Source of the DNA: Eubacteriales bacterium
Lineage (GTDB): Bacteria > Bacillota > Clostridia > Oscillospirales > CAG-272
Direction of reading: 5' to 3'
Length of the DNA: 64,000 nucleotides
Assembly (NCBI GenBank): GCA_045646945.1
Contig: JAZRLS010000045.1
Location: 3,128-67,127, forward strand
Each line of letters begins with the position of its first letter. Within the stretch, counting starts at the first letter, position 1. The position numbers and the translations under genes are program-made. The notes beneath the pieces were generated by a model. The model did no database searches and was not told the origin of the DNA. It saw nothing but the letters and a program-made list of their open reading frames with translations. Below, piece by piece: positions 47,289 through 56,980 of this stretch.

Positions 47289-48005
47289 ATGGCGAAAAAA
47301 ATCAATAAAACAGAGACTGTGGCAGAGGAATGTCCCATCCAACATATTGCTTTTATTATGGACGGAAACGGACGCTGGGCAAAAAAGAGAGCAATGCCTC
47401 GCGAATTTGGGCACAAGTTCGGTGCGGATGTGTATCGCACGGTAATGAAGCGTTGCTTTGAGCTTGGCATTCGTGCGACAACGTTTTACGTATTTTCCAC
47501 CGAAAATTGGAAGCGTCCAGAAAAGGAAGTCAATGCAATTCTGACACTTTTGGATGAGTATCTTGACCGTTGTGAAAAGGAATTGACTGAGAATGATGTT
47601 CGTTTCATTTTTGTTGGGGATAAATCTCCTTTTTCCGATTCACTGAGAGAAAAAATGCTTCGCATTGAAAGAAATTCGATCAACAATCATTATATTTGCA
47701 ACCTTGCCTTGAATTACGGTGGACGAAGCGAATTGGTGTATGCTGTCAACCAACTCCTTGAGGAGGGCAAAGAAACGGTGGTTGAAGACGATATTTCGGC
47801 AAGACTCTATACGAAAGAATCGCCCGAACTCGATTTGATTGTTCGTACGGGGGGAGATCTTCGCATTTCCAACTTTCTGCTTTGGCAGGCGGCGTACGCA
47901 GAATTCTATTTTACCGATAAACTTTGGCCGGATATGTCTGCCAAGGACGTGGATGCAATCGTAGAAAACTTCAAGCAAAGAAACCGTCGTTTCGGCGGAG
48001 TATAA
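47289..48005 (+). CDS. uppS: Undecaprenyl diphosphate synthase
   Basis: IMDGNGRWA, FSTENWKRP, NYGGR and RISNFLLWQ. Confidence 0.97.
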   Translation: MAKKINKTETVAEECPIQHIAFIMDGNGRWAKKRAMPREFGHKFGADVYRTVMKRCFELGIRATTFYVFSTENWKRPEKEVNAILTLLDEYLDRCEKELTENDVRFIFVGDKSPFSDSLREKMLRIERNSINNHYICNLALNYGGRSELVYAVNQLLEEGKETVVEDDISARLYTKESPELDLIVRTGGDLRISNFLLWQAAYAEFYFTDKLWPDMSAKDVDAIVENFKQRNRRFGGV

Positions 48006-48018
48006 ACGGAGGAGTTTT

Positions 48019-48858
48019 ATGTTAAAACGAGTAATTACGGGTGTGGTCGCTATTTTGATTTTGTTACCCGTACTGATCTTTTCGGATACCGTTTTATTTC
48101 CAATTGCGATTTCTTTGATTTCGATCGTATCACTCTATGAGCTGTTTCAGTGTACGAAGATGGGGAAACGCTTTGCGGTGATTCTTCCTTTGTATGCTTT
48201 TGCCTTTGTTGCCCCTTTTTTGATGCGATATCTTGCGGATGGTGAAAGCTTTGCGTTGATTGCTTTTATTTCGGCTGCCGCATACTTAATTTATTTATTT
48301 GCGCTCGTTGTATGGTCGCACGGAAAGTTACCTTTCTCGGATGCTGCGACTACGTTTTCGATGGCACTGTACGTGATTGTTGCAATGTCAGCAATTACTT
48401 ATATTCGGGATTTTCCCTTTGGCGGAGAATACTTATATCTTTTGATCTTCCTTGGCGCATGGGTGACCGATACCTTTGCGTATTTTACGGGATTTTTCCT
48501 TGGGAAGCACAAATTGATTCCTGATGTCAGTCCGAAAAAAACGGTGGAGGGAAGCATTGGCGGTACGGTTTTTTGCGCGCTTTCTTTCGTTGCGTTCGGT
48601 TTGATTGTGGATCATTTCTTTGCGCAAGACGCCAATCTTTGTTTTTTGCTTGTCAGTGGCATTCTTATTGCGTTAATTTCGCAGATTGGAGATTTGATTA
48701 TGTCGGTGATTAAGCGTCATTACGGAATCAAGGACTTTGGAAATATTTTCCCCGGACACGGAGGAATGCTCGATCGATTTGATTCCATTCTTGCCGTTTC
48801 CTTGGGACTTTGTGCCATCTGTATGTTTGCCACATTGAGTGGAATTTCGTTGATTTAG
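48019..48858 (+). CDS. cdsA: Phosphatidate cytidylyltransferase
   Basis: DTFAYF.G, SPKKTVEG and KD.G.IFPGHGGMLDRFDS. Confidence 0.96.
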   Translation: MLKRVITGVVAILILLPVLIFSDTVLFPIAISLISIVSLYELFQCTKMGKRFAVILPLYAFAFVAPFLMRYLADGESFALIAFISAAAYLIYLFALVVWSHGKLPFSDAATTFSMALYVIVAMSAITYIRDFPFGGEYLYLLIFLGAWVTDTFAYFTGFFLGKHKLIPDVSPKKTVEGSIGGTVFCALSFVAFGLIVDHFFAQDANLCFLLVSGILIALISQIGDLIMSVIKRHYGIKDFGNIFPGHGGMLDRFDSILAVSLGLCAICMFATLSGISLI

Positions 48859-48867
48859 GAGTAAAGT

Positions 48868-50040
48868 ATGTCGATAGAAATCCAAAAAAACATTGCCGTT
48901 CTCGGTTCTACGGGTTCGGTCGGCGAGCAGGCGCTGGACGTTGCTGATCGACTTTCGATGAACGTCACCTCGATCAGTGCGCATCGTAATTACGGTCGCG
49001 TAGAGGAGCAGGCAAGAAAATTCGGTGTTCGCTCGGTGGCAATGGCGGATGAGAGTGCTGCAAAAGAGCTGAAGCTTCGCTTGGCAGATACCTCTACCCG
49101 TGTCTATGCGGGTGCCGAGGGAATCTGTGAAATGATCGCCGAGGAAAAACGCGATGTTGTCCTCAATTCCATCATTGGGGAAGCGGGACTTTTGCCGACG
49201 CTTGCGGTCATTGATTCGGGAGCGCGTTTGGCACTTGCCAACAAGGAATCTTTGGTCGTCGCGGGCGAGATTGTGATGGCAAAAGCAAAGGAAAAGCACG
49301 TGGAGATTCTTCCCGTGGACAGTGAGCATTGCGCGATTTATCAATGTATGAAATCGGGCGCGCAGAAAGAAGTCAAGAAAATTTGGTTGACCGCATCGGG
49401 TGGACCGTTTTTCGGATATACCAAGGAACAGTTGAAAAGCATTGGTGTTGCCGACGCGCTTGCTCATCCGACCTGGTCGATGGGCGCGAAGATTACCATT
49501 GATTCGGCAACCTTGATGAACAAAGGCTTTGAGGTAATCGAAGCAGTACATCTTTTTGGTGTATCGGCAGAGCAGATTCAGGTTGTAGTTCATCGCGAGA
49601 GTATAATACATTCCATGGTGGAATATATTGATAACAGTGTGATCGCGCAGATGTCTGTACCCGATATGAGACTTTGCGCGCAATACGCGATGACCTATCC
49701 CGATCGAACCGATGCAGTGATTTCGGAACTTGATTTGTTTGAGGTTGCGAAGTTGAGCTTTGCCAAACCGGATATGAAAACATTTTCGCTCTTGCAAAGC
49801 GCGATTGATTGTGTCGGAAAGGGAGGTGCGTTACCTGCGGTACTGAATGCGGCAAATGAAGTTGCCGTGGCAGAATTCCTTCGCGGCAATATTCCGTTTT
49901 ATGCCATTACCGAGACGGTAAGCTCTGTGGTTTCCGATTTGGAAACGGTGGCGGTATCGGTACACGATCTGGAGGGAATCCTTTCTCTTGATCGCAAAGC
50001 CAGAGAGCTTGCGAGAGGAATTTTGTGCCCCCAAAGATAA
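48868..50040 (+). CDS. dxr: 1-deoxy-D-xylulose-5-phosphate reductoisomerase
   Basis: LGSTGSVG, LANKESLV, PVDSEH, TASGGPF and HPTWSMGAKITIDSA. Confidence 0.97.
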   Translation: MSIEIQKNIAVLGSTGSVGEQALDVADRLSMNVTSISAHRNYGRVEEQARKFGVRSVAMADESAAKELKLRLADTSTRVYAGAEGICEMIAEEKRDVVLNSIIGEAGLLPTLAVIDSGARLALANKESLVVAGEIVMAKAKEKHVEILPVDSEHCAIYQCMKSGAQKEVKKIWLTASGGPFFGYTKEQLKSIGVADALAHPTWSMGAKITIDSATLMNKGFEVIEAVHLFGVSAEQIQVVVHRESIIHSMVEYIDNSVIAQMSVPDMRLCAQYAMTYPDRTDAVISELDLFEVAKLSFAKPDMKTFSLLQSAIDCVGKGGALPAVLNAANEVAVAEFLRGNIPFYAITETVSSVVSDLETVAVSVHDLEGILSLDRKARELARGILCPQR

Positions 50041-50084
50041 GAAACGTTCTTAGAAAACGTAGATAACAAGGAGAACGGTTTTTG

Positions 50085-51107
50085 ATGTTTTACCTACTCA
50101 TGATGTTGTTAGTGTTCGGCGTTTTGGTGTTCATTCACGAATTCGGACACTTTATTACGGCAAGGCTCTGCGGTGTTACCGTCAAGGAATTTGCCATTGG
50201 AATGGGTCCCACACTCTTTTCGTGGCATTCTAAAAAACACGAAACAAAATATGGATTGCGGCTCTTGCCCATCGGTGGTTTTGTAAGTATGGTTGGCGAA
50301 GATGAGGATTCCTCCGAGGAAGGAGCGTTCTGCAATCAAAGTGTTTGGAAGCGGATGATGATCGTTCTCGCGGGTCCCATGATGAACCTCTTGCTTGGTT
50401 TCCTTCTGATGACCGTCCTCGTATTTTCCCAAGGGACGCTTGCCTCTACGACGATTGCAAAATTTGATGAGCAAGCGGTTTCTCAGCAGAAGCTGGAGGT
50501 TGGAGACGAGGTGCTCAAGGTTGGTGGCGTTCGTGTGCATACGGGCGATGAAATGGTGTATGAGATTATGAACCAAGGCTATGAGCCGATCGATATTCTC
50601 GTTCTTCGTAACGGAGAAAAACTACTTGTGGAGGACGTGGAATTTCCGAGTATGGCAGATTCTGGTGTAGTATTTGGCGATTATGATTTTATTCCTTATG
50701 CTGAGCAGAGAACTGTGCCGAATTTAATCAAGCATGCTTTTTTCCGTTCGGTCTCTAATGTCAAGATGGTGTACGACTCCTTGGCGGGACTTGTGACAGG
50801 GCGCTTTGGCATGGATACGGTGTCGGGACCTGTCGGAGTTGCTGAGGTGGTTGGTGATGCGGCGAAAAACGGATTGCAATCGCTTTTGTTTATCGTTACC
50901 GTGTTATCGGTTAATCTCGGTGTCTTCAATTTGATTCCGTTTCCCGCGCTTGACGGAGGACGTTTCTTGTTTCTGATTATTGAAGGCATCCGAAAAAAGC
51001 CGATTGATCGCAACGTAGAGGCTGCCATCAATTTTATAGGAATTATGATTCTTTTTGCCTTTATGATATTGATTACAGTCAAGGACATTTTTAAATTATT
51101 TGGTTAG
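50085..51107 (+). CDS. rseP: RIP metalloprotease RseP
   Basis: HEFGH, LPIGGFV, AGPMMN and NLIPFPALDGG. Confidence 0.95.
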   Translation: MFYLLMMLLVFGVLVFIHEFGHFITARLCGVTVKEFAIGMGPTLFSWHSKKHETKYGLRLLPIGGFVSMVGEDEDSSEEGAFCNQSVWKRMMIVLAGPMMNLLLGFLLMTVLVFSQGTLASTTIAKFDEQAVSQQKLEVGDEVLKVGGVRVHTGDEMVYEIMNQGYEPIDILVLRNGEKLLVEDVEFPSMADSGVVFGDYDFIPYAEQRTVPNLIKHAFFRSVSNVKMVYDSLAGLVTGRFGMDTVSGPVGVAEVVGDAAKNGLQSLLFIVTVLSVNLGVFNLIPFPALDGGRFLFLIIEGIRKKPIDRNVEAAINFIGIMILFAFMILITVKDIFKLFG

Positions 51108-51118
51108 GATAAATTTTT

Positions 51119-52201
51119 ATGAATTATAATCTGATCAGACGAAACACAAAAGAAATTAAGATTGGACGGACGGCAATCGGCGGAGAAAACCAGATTGCCA
51201 TTCAGTCTATGACGAATACCGACACGCACGACAAGGAAGCAACACTTCGGCAGATCCTTGCCTTAGAACAGGCGGGATGCGATATTGTTCGCATTACCGT
51301 TCCCGATCTTGCGGCGGCGGAAACTATCCCGTTTTTGAAAGAGGCAGGCGTGAGCATCCCGATCGTTGCCGATATTCATTTTGATTATCGGGTTGCGTTG
51401 CGCTGTGCCGAGGTTGGTGTGGACAAGATCCGTATCAATCCCGGAAATATCGGAAATGCGGAGCGTGTTCGTGCGGTTTGCAAAATCTGCCGTGAAAAGC
51501 AGATACCGATTCGCATTGGTGTCAATAGCGGATCGCTTGAAAAGCATATTTTGGAAAAGTACGGTGCGCCGACGGCAGAGGCACTCTGCGAGAGTGCGAT
51601 GTATCATATTTCACTCTTGGAGCAGGCGGATTTTGAGGATATTGTTATCTCGATGAAGGCATCCTCTCCGACGCAGATGATTGCGGCAAATCGCTTGTTG
51701 GCAGAGCAATGCTCCTATCCGTTACATCTTGGCGTGACGGAGGCGGGAAGTAAAGAAATGGGTTCAATGAAGAGTGCTGTGGGCATTGGCTCGCTCTTGG
51801 TCGACGGTATCGGAGATACGATTCGCGTATCTTTAACCGATGATCCCGTCGAGGAGATCGATGCGGCAAGAAAAATTTTGTGCGCGGTAGGAATTGACGG
51901 ACAGAGTGGACTTGATATTGTCAGCTGCCCCACCTGCGGCCGTACAAAAATAGATCTCATTTCTTTGGTTTCGGAATTTGAAACCAGAGCTAAGCAAGAA
52001 AATTTAATGTCGATTCCGATTAAGGTTGCGATTATGGGATGCGTGGTTAATGGTCCCGGGGAAGCGAGAGAGGCGGACGTCGGCATTGCGGGGGGCAAGG
52101 GAGAAGCGGTTCTCATCAAAAAGGGAGAGATCGTTGGGAAATTGCCCGAAGATAAGATTGTTGAAACCTTAATTGAAGAAGTAAAAAAATTCAAAACATA
52201 A
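51119..52201 (+). CDS. ispG: (E)-4-hydroxy-3-methylbut-2-enyl-diphosphate synthase
   Basis: QSMT, ADIHF, RINPGN, HLGVTEAG, SCPTCGR and MGCVVNGPGEA. Confidence 0.97.
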   Translation: MNYNLIRRNTKEIKIGRTAIGGENQIAIQSMTNTDTHDKEATLRQILALEQAGCDIVRITVPDLAAAETIPFLKEAGVSIPIVADIHFDYRVALRCAEVGVDKIRINPGNIGNAERVRAVCKICREKQIPIRIGVNSGSLEKHILEKYGAPTAEALCESAMYHISLLEQADFEDIVISMKASSPTQMIAANRLLAEQCSYPLHLGVTEAGSKEMGSMKSAVGIGSLLVDGIGDTIRVSLTDDPVEEIDAARKILCAVGIDGQSGLDIVSCPTCGRTKIDLISLVSEFETRAKQENLMSIPIKVAIMGCVVNGPGEAREADVGIAGGKGEAVLIKKGEIVGKLPEDKIVETLIEEVKKFKT

Positions 52202-52229
52202 AAAGATAAAAAGGAAGAAGGGAATAGGG

Positions 52230-55200
52230 ATGAAGACATTATTGGAATTGCTCTCAAAATATACTCCGTCGGAGTCCTATGCCCAAATTTTAGAAGATGG
52301 ATTGGTTGAAAAAACCAGGCTGGACAAGGAAAAGCGCTTCTTGGAGGTCTATGCGAGCTTCCCGTATCTTTTGGATAAGGAAGATCTCTATGAGATTGAG
52401 GCACAGGTGGCGGAGCACTATCAGCTTTCGATGTTCAAGATCTTTCCGCAATATCCTTCGGTGCTTTTTTCGGACAGTTATATTCCTCAAATTTTAAAAG
52501 AAACCGAACGGATCGGTGTTGTTGCTCGTGGATTTTTTTCGGACTACGACTATACGCTGACCGATCAGACGCTGACCGTCCGCATTCCTTTTGCGGTGGA
52601 AGGTGTTGATCTTTTGAACGACGCTATGACGCCGAGAGTGATTGAAAACATCATCTGGAGCGAGTTTTCGGTTCGGCGCAACGTAATTCTTGAAACCGAT
52701 CCGTATCAGAAAATGAGTTATTCCTCCTCCTACCGTGACCGTCTTGCGAAGGTGGATCGGCAGATCCAAGCGGCAGACAAGCAGTATCAGAGTATGATGG
52801 AGCGCGGTGTCGAATCCGCGCCTGCAGCGGAAAGCGACGAGGTCAAGCTTCCTCGTCTTGGTTCGGTGTTTGGCGACTCTTCGGTAGAAAAGGCAACCGA
52901 CGGCATCATTACCATCGGCTCGTCGCGTTTTGACGTTTCCGCACCGCAGTATGTGATTGGTGTTCCGTTTGAGATTACGCCCGTCTTGATCGCATCGATG
53001 ACACGATCGACGCGAAACGTGGTTTTTGTGGGAGAAGTGTTTTCCTTTACCAAGGAAGCCAACCGTACGGGCGATAAATTCAACGTTTCCTTTGGACTTT
53101 TCGACGGAAATGCATCGATCTACGTCAAAAACTATGGAATGCTTCCCGAAGAAGCCAATGAACTCGCAGGCACGGTCAAAAACGGAATGTCGATTGCCGT
53201 GCACGGATACCTCAAAAATGAGCGCAACGACGATGAGCTCTATATGAGCTATACCGATATCGCAATCATTTCCAAAAAGTCGAGAACCGATAACGCCGAA
53301 AAGAAGCGTGTCGAGCTTCATTTACATACGAATATGTCCGCGATGGATGCCTTGATTCCCCCCGACGTTGCGGTGAAAACCGCGCAAAAATGGGGACATG
53401 CCGCTGTCGCGATTACCGACCACGGCAACGTGCAGGGATTCCCTGAGGCGATGCTTGCCTCTGACAAGTGCGGAATGAAAGTCATTTACGGAATGGAAGC
53501 CTATTTCGTCAATGCTAGCGCGAGTGCAGTATTCGGTACGTACGAGGGAAGCTTTGATGATGAATTTATTGTCTTTGACCTGGAAACGACGGGCCTTGAT
53601 GCTTCGACCTGTAAGATTACGGAGATTGGCGCGGTCAAAATCCGCAGCGGAGAGGTTTTGGAGAGATATAATACCTTCGTTAATCCCGAATGTCCGATCC
53701 CCGAAGAGATTACTAAACTGACCTCCATTACCGATGAAATGGTTGCCGACGCAAGAACGATTGACAAGGTCCTTCCTGAATTTTTTTCGTTTATCGGAGA
53801 CCGTTTGCTGATTGCACATAATGCCGATTTCGATACGGGATTTTTGCGTGTAGCGGCAAAGAGTCTGAATTTGCCTTTTGAAAATCCGTATCTCGATACG
53901 TTAGCACTTTCGCGCTATCTGAACCCTGAGCTGAAATCGCACCGCTTGAACCGTTTGGCAGAGCACTATGAGTTGGGAGAATTTCACCATCACCGCGCGT
54001 GCGACGATGCTGAGATGCTTGGTATGGTTTTTGTGGCGATGACCGAGCAGATGGCAAAGCTCGATATCAAGGATTTTGATTCGTTGCAAAACGACATGCG
54101 AGAGCAGGCAGACCCCCTTAATTTGCCGATGTATCACCAGATCCTTTTGGTCAAAAACCAAACGGGGATGAAAAATCTCTATCGGCTGATTTCGGCAAGC
54201 TATTTGCAATATTACAAAAAGAAACCCCGTATTCCCAAGGTGGAATTGGAAAAGCACAGAGAAGGCTTGATTGTCGGCTCTGCTTGTGAGGCGGGAGAGT
54301 TATTCCACGCACTCCTTGAGAAAAAGAGTGAAAAGGAAATTGAAGAAATCGTTAATTTCTACGATTACCTCGAAATTCAGCCTATTTGCAACAACCGTTT
54401 CTTGATTTCCGAGGGAAAGGTCAGCGACGACGAAGAACTGCGTGATCTCAACCGACGCATCGTTGCACTTGGCGAACGATACGGAAAGCCTGTTGTAGCT
54501 ACCTGTGACGCGCATTTCCTCAACGATGAGGATTCTCTTTACCGAAAGATTCTTTTGTCGGGAATGAAGTTTGCGGATGCCGACAACGAATGTCATCTGT
54601 ATTTCCGCACGACCGAAGAAATGCTTGCGGAATTTTCCTATCTCGGAGAAGAGAAGGCGTACGAGGTGGTTGTAGAAAACACCAATAAGATTGAGCAGAT
54701 GGTGGAGGAAGAAATTCGTCCGATCCCGAAGGGAAGCTTTACACCGAAGATGGACGGCGCGGAAGAGGAATTGCAGGAAAAGTGTTGGACACGCGCCAAG
54801 AAAATGTACGGTGATCCGTTACCCGAGCTTGTGCATGCTCGTCTCGATAAGGAGCTGACCTCAATCATCAAAAACGGCTTTGCCGTGCTGTATATGATCG
54901 CACAGCGCCTTGTATGGTACAGCGAAAGTCAAGGCTATCTTGTCGGCTCCCGTGGCTCGGTTGGTTCGTCCTTCGTTGCGACGATGGCGGGAATTTCCGA
55001 GGTAAACCCTTTGCCGCCGCACTATTATTGCCCGAAGTGTCAGTATTCGCAGTTCTTTACCGATGGCAGTGTCGGTTCGGGCTTTGACCTTCCCGATGCA
55101 AACTGTCCTCATTGCGGTACGAAAATGAATGCCGACGGACACGATATTCCGTTCGAAACCTTCCTTGGCTTCTATGGAGATAAATCGCCCGATATTGACC

Positions 55201-56609
55201 TGAACTTCTCGGGTGACGTGCAGGGACGCGTTCATAAATACACCGAGGAGCTCTTCGGTGCGGAAAACGTGTTCCGTGCAGGAACCCTCGGTACGCTTGC
55301 CGATAAAACGGCGTTTGGCTTTATTGCTAAGTATTTTGAGGGCAAGGGCGTATGCCTTGGCCGTGCCGAAATGGAGCGTGTGATTCAGAACTGTGTCGGT
55401 GTCAAGCGAACGACGGGACAGCACCCGGGCGGTATTATCGTTGTGCCGAGAGAAAAAGACGTCTACGATTTTACCCCCGTACAACATCCCGCCGACGACC
55501 CGCATTCGGACATCGTTACAACGCACTTCGCGTTTTCGTATCTGCACGATACCATTCTGAAGCTCGATGAGCTCGGACACGATATTCCGACCAAGTATAA
55601 GTGGCTCGAGAAATTCTCGGATACGAGCGTGATGGACGTTCCGATGAACGATCCCGAGGTGTATGAGCTTTTCCTTTCCACAAGACCTCTTGGGATTTCT
55701 CCCGAGGATATTGACGCGCAGATCGGTACGTTTGGCTTGCCCGAGTTCGGTACGCGCTTCTTACAGCAAGTTCTGATCGATGCAAAGCCGAAGAACTTTG
55801 CCGACCTGTTGCAGATTTCGGGTTTAACTCACGGTACCGACGTATGGCTCGGCAACGCAGAGGAACTGATCAAAAAGGGAATTTGCGATATTTCCAAGGT
55901 GATCGGATGTCGAGATAACATTATGAACGACTTGATTCGTTACGGCGTGGAAAACGCAATGTCCTTTAAGATTATGGAAAGCGTTCGAAAGGGAAAGGGG
56001 CTGACTCCCGAATGGGAAGCTGCAATGAAAGAGCACGACGTGCCCGATTGGTACATTTGGTCGTGTAAAAAGATCAAATACATGTTCCCGAAGGCACACG
56101 CGGCAGCGTACGTTATGTCGGCAATTCGTCTTGGTTGGTACAAGGTACATATTCCGATCGCATTCTATTGCGCGATGTTTACCGTAGCTCCCGGTGGCTT
56201 TGATGCCGAGATCGTGATGCGCGGACGCTCTGGTGTCATGGCGACCATCAAGGATATCGAAAAGCGGGGAAAGGAAGCATCTCCCAAGGAGCAGGCATCG
56301 ATTCCGTCCTTGCAGCTTGCCAACGAGTGTATGGCGAGAAAGATCCGCTTCTTGCCGATCGATATTGAAAAGTCGCACGCGTATGCGTTCTTGCCTGAAA
56401 ACGGAGCGATTCGTATGCCGTTCTCGGCACTGTCGGGACTTGGCGAAAACGCGGCGCAGAAGATCATCAAGGCAAGAGAAGAAGAGCCGTTCTTCTCGGT
56501 CGAGGATCTTCAGACGAGAGCGGGACTGACGAAGAGTGTTATTGAAATTCTTCGAAAGAACCAAGTGCTTGACAATCTGAATGAAACCGATCAGTTGAGC
56601 TTTTTCTAA
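52230..56609 (+). CDS. polC: DNA polymerase III PolC-type alpha subunit
   Basis: ELHLHT..S.MD, AITDHG, exonuclease DLETTG/AHNA.FD, SRGSVGSS, PDIDLNFSG and YMFPKAHAAAY. Confidence 0.97.
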   Translation: MKTLLELLSKYTPSESYAQILEDGLVEKTRLDKEKRFLEVYASFPYLLDKEDLYEIEAQVAEHYQLSMFKIFPQYPSVLFSDSYIPQILKETERIGVVARGFFSDYDYTLTDQTLTVRIPFAVEGVDLLNDAMTPRVIENIIWSEFSVRRNVILETDPYQKMSYSSSYRDRLAKVDRQIQAADKQYQSMMERGVESAPAAESDEVKLPRLGSVFGDSSVEKATDGIITIGSSRFDVSAPQYVIGVPFEITPVLIASMTRSTRNVVFVGEVFSFTKEANRTGDKFNVSFGLFDGNASIYVKNYGMLPEEANELAGTVKNGMSIAVHGYLKNERNDDELYMSYTDIAIISKKSRTDNAEKKRVELHLHTNMSAMDALIPPDVAVKTAQKWGHAAVAITDHGNVQGFPEAMLASDKCGMKVIYGMEAYFVNASASAVFGTYEGSFDDEFIVFDLETTGLDASTCKITEIGAVKIRSGEVLERYNTFVNPECPIPEEITKLTSITDEMVADARTIDKVLPEFFSFIGDRLLIAHNADFDTGFLRVAAKSLNLPFENPYLDTLALSRYLNPELKSHRLNRLAEHYELGEFHHHRACDDAEMLGMVFVAMTEQMAKLDIKDFDSLQNDMREQADPLNLPMYHQILLVKNQTGMKNLYRLISASYLQYYKKKPRIPKVELEKHREGLIVGSACEAGELFHALLEKKSEKEIEEIVNFYDYLEIQPICNNRFLISEGKVSDDEELRDLNRRIVALGERYGKPVVATCDAHFLNDEDSLYRKILLSGMKFADADNECHLYFRTTEEMLAEFSYLGEEKAYEVVVENTNKIEQMVEEEIRPIPKGSFTPKMDGAEEELQEKCWTRAKKMYGDPLPELVHARLDKELTSIIKNGFAVLYMIAQRLVWYSESQGYLVGSRGSVGSSFVATMAGISEVNPLPPHYYCPKCQYSQFFTDGSVGSGFDLPDANCPHCGTKMNADGHDIPFETFLGFYGDKSPDIDLNFSGDVQGRVHKYTEELFGAENVFRAGTLGTLADKTAFGFIAKYFEGKGVCLGRAEMERVIQNCVGVKRTTGQHPGGIIVVPREKDVYDFTPVQHPADDPHSDIVTTHFAFSYLHDTILKLDELGHDIPTKYKWLEKFSDTSVMDVPMNDPEVYELFLSTRPLGISPEDIDAQIGTFGLPEFGTRFLQQVLIDAKPKNFADLLQISGLTHGTDVWLGNAEELIKKGICDISKVIGCRDNIMNDLIRYGVENAMSFKIMESVRKGKGLTPEWEAAMKEHDVPDWYIWSCKKIKYMFPKAHAAAYVMSAIRLGWYKVHIPIAFYCAMFTVAPGGFDAEIVMRGRSGVMATIKDIEKRGKEASPKEQASIPSLQLANECMARKIRFLPIDIEKSHAYAFLPENGAIRMPFSALSGLGENAAQKIIKAREEEPFFSVEDLQTRAGLTKSVIEILRKNQVLDNLNETDQLSFF

Positions 56610-56615
56610 AAATTT

Positions 56616-56646
56616 AAGAGGCTGTTGCATTCGCAACAGCCTCTTT
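56616..56646 (+). terminator. Terminator after polC
   Basis: AAGAGGCTGTTGC-ATTC-GCAACAGCCTCTTT. Confidence 0.8.
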
Positions 56647-56685
56647 CTTATAAAATAAAAATCAAGAGATAGTTGAGTGATTGTA

Positions 56686-56823
56686 AAAGCCTCCCTCTGG
56701 GAGGGAGGGGGACCACGAAGTGGTGGAAGGAGCACGCGCAAAGATAGGGGATACAAGCCTCATTCTGCCCGCAGGCTCCTTCAGTCGCCTAACGGCGCCA
56801 GCTTCCTCTCGGAGGAAGCCTTT
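56686..56823. repeat. REP/MITE-like palindromic element (~138 bp)
   Basis: Imperfect terminal IRs AAAGCCTCCCTC / GAGGAAGCCTTT, each end a hairpin; internal IR GAAGGAGC (56726-33) / GCTCCTTC (56775-82). Confidence 0.7.
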
Positions 56824-56980
56824 GCAGAATCCATTTACGGATAGCTATTGACAGTTGCAATAAAAATAATTAACTATTAGTTAAATCCATATTTCCTACG
56901 CTTCGCTTGTAAATGTTCAGATTTATGATATAATATAATCAGAAACGGGCCCTTTTACTTTACTTACAAGGAGAATCATA

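Noticed and set aside
52230..56609. Intein or intron in polC
   Set aside because: Length (1459 aa) and domain order are normal; no splice-junction motifs were noticed.
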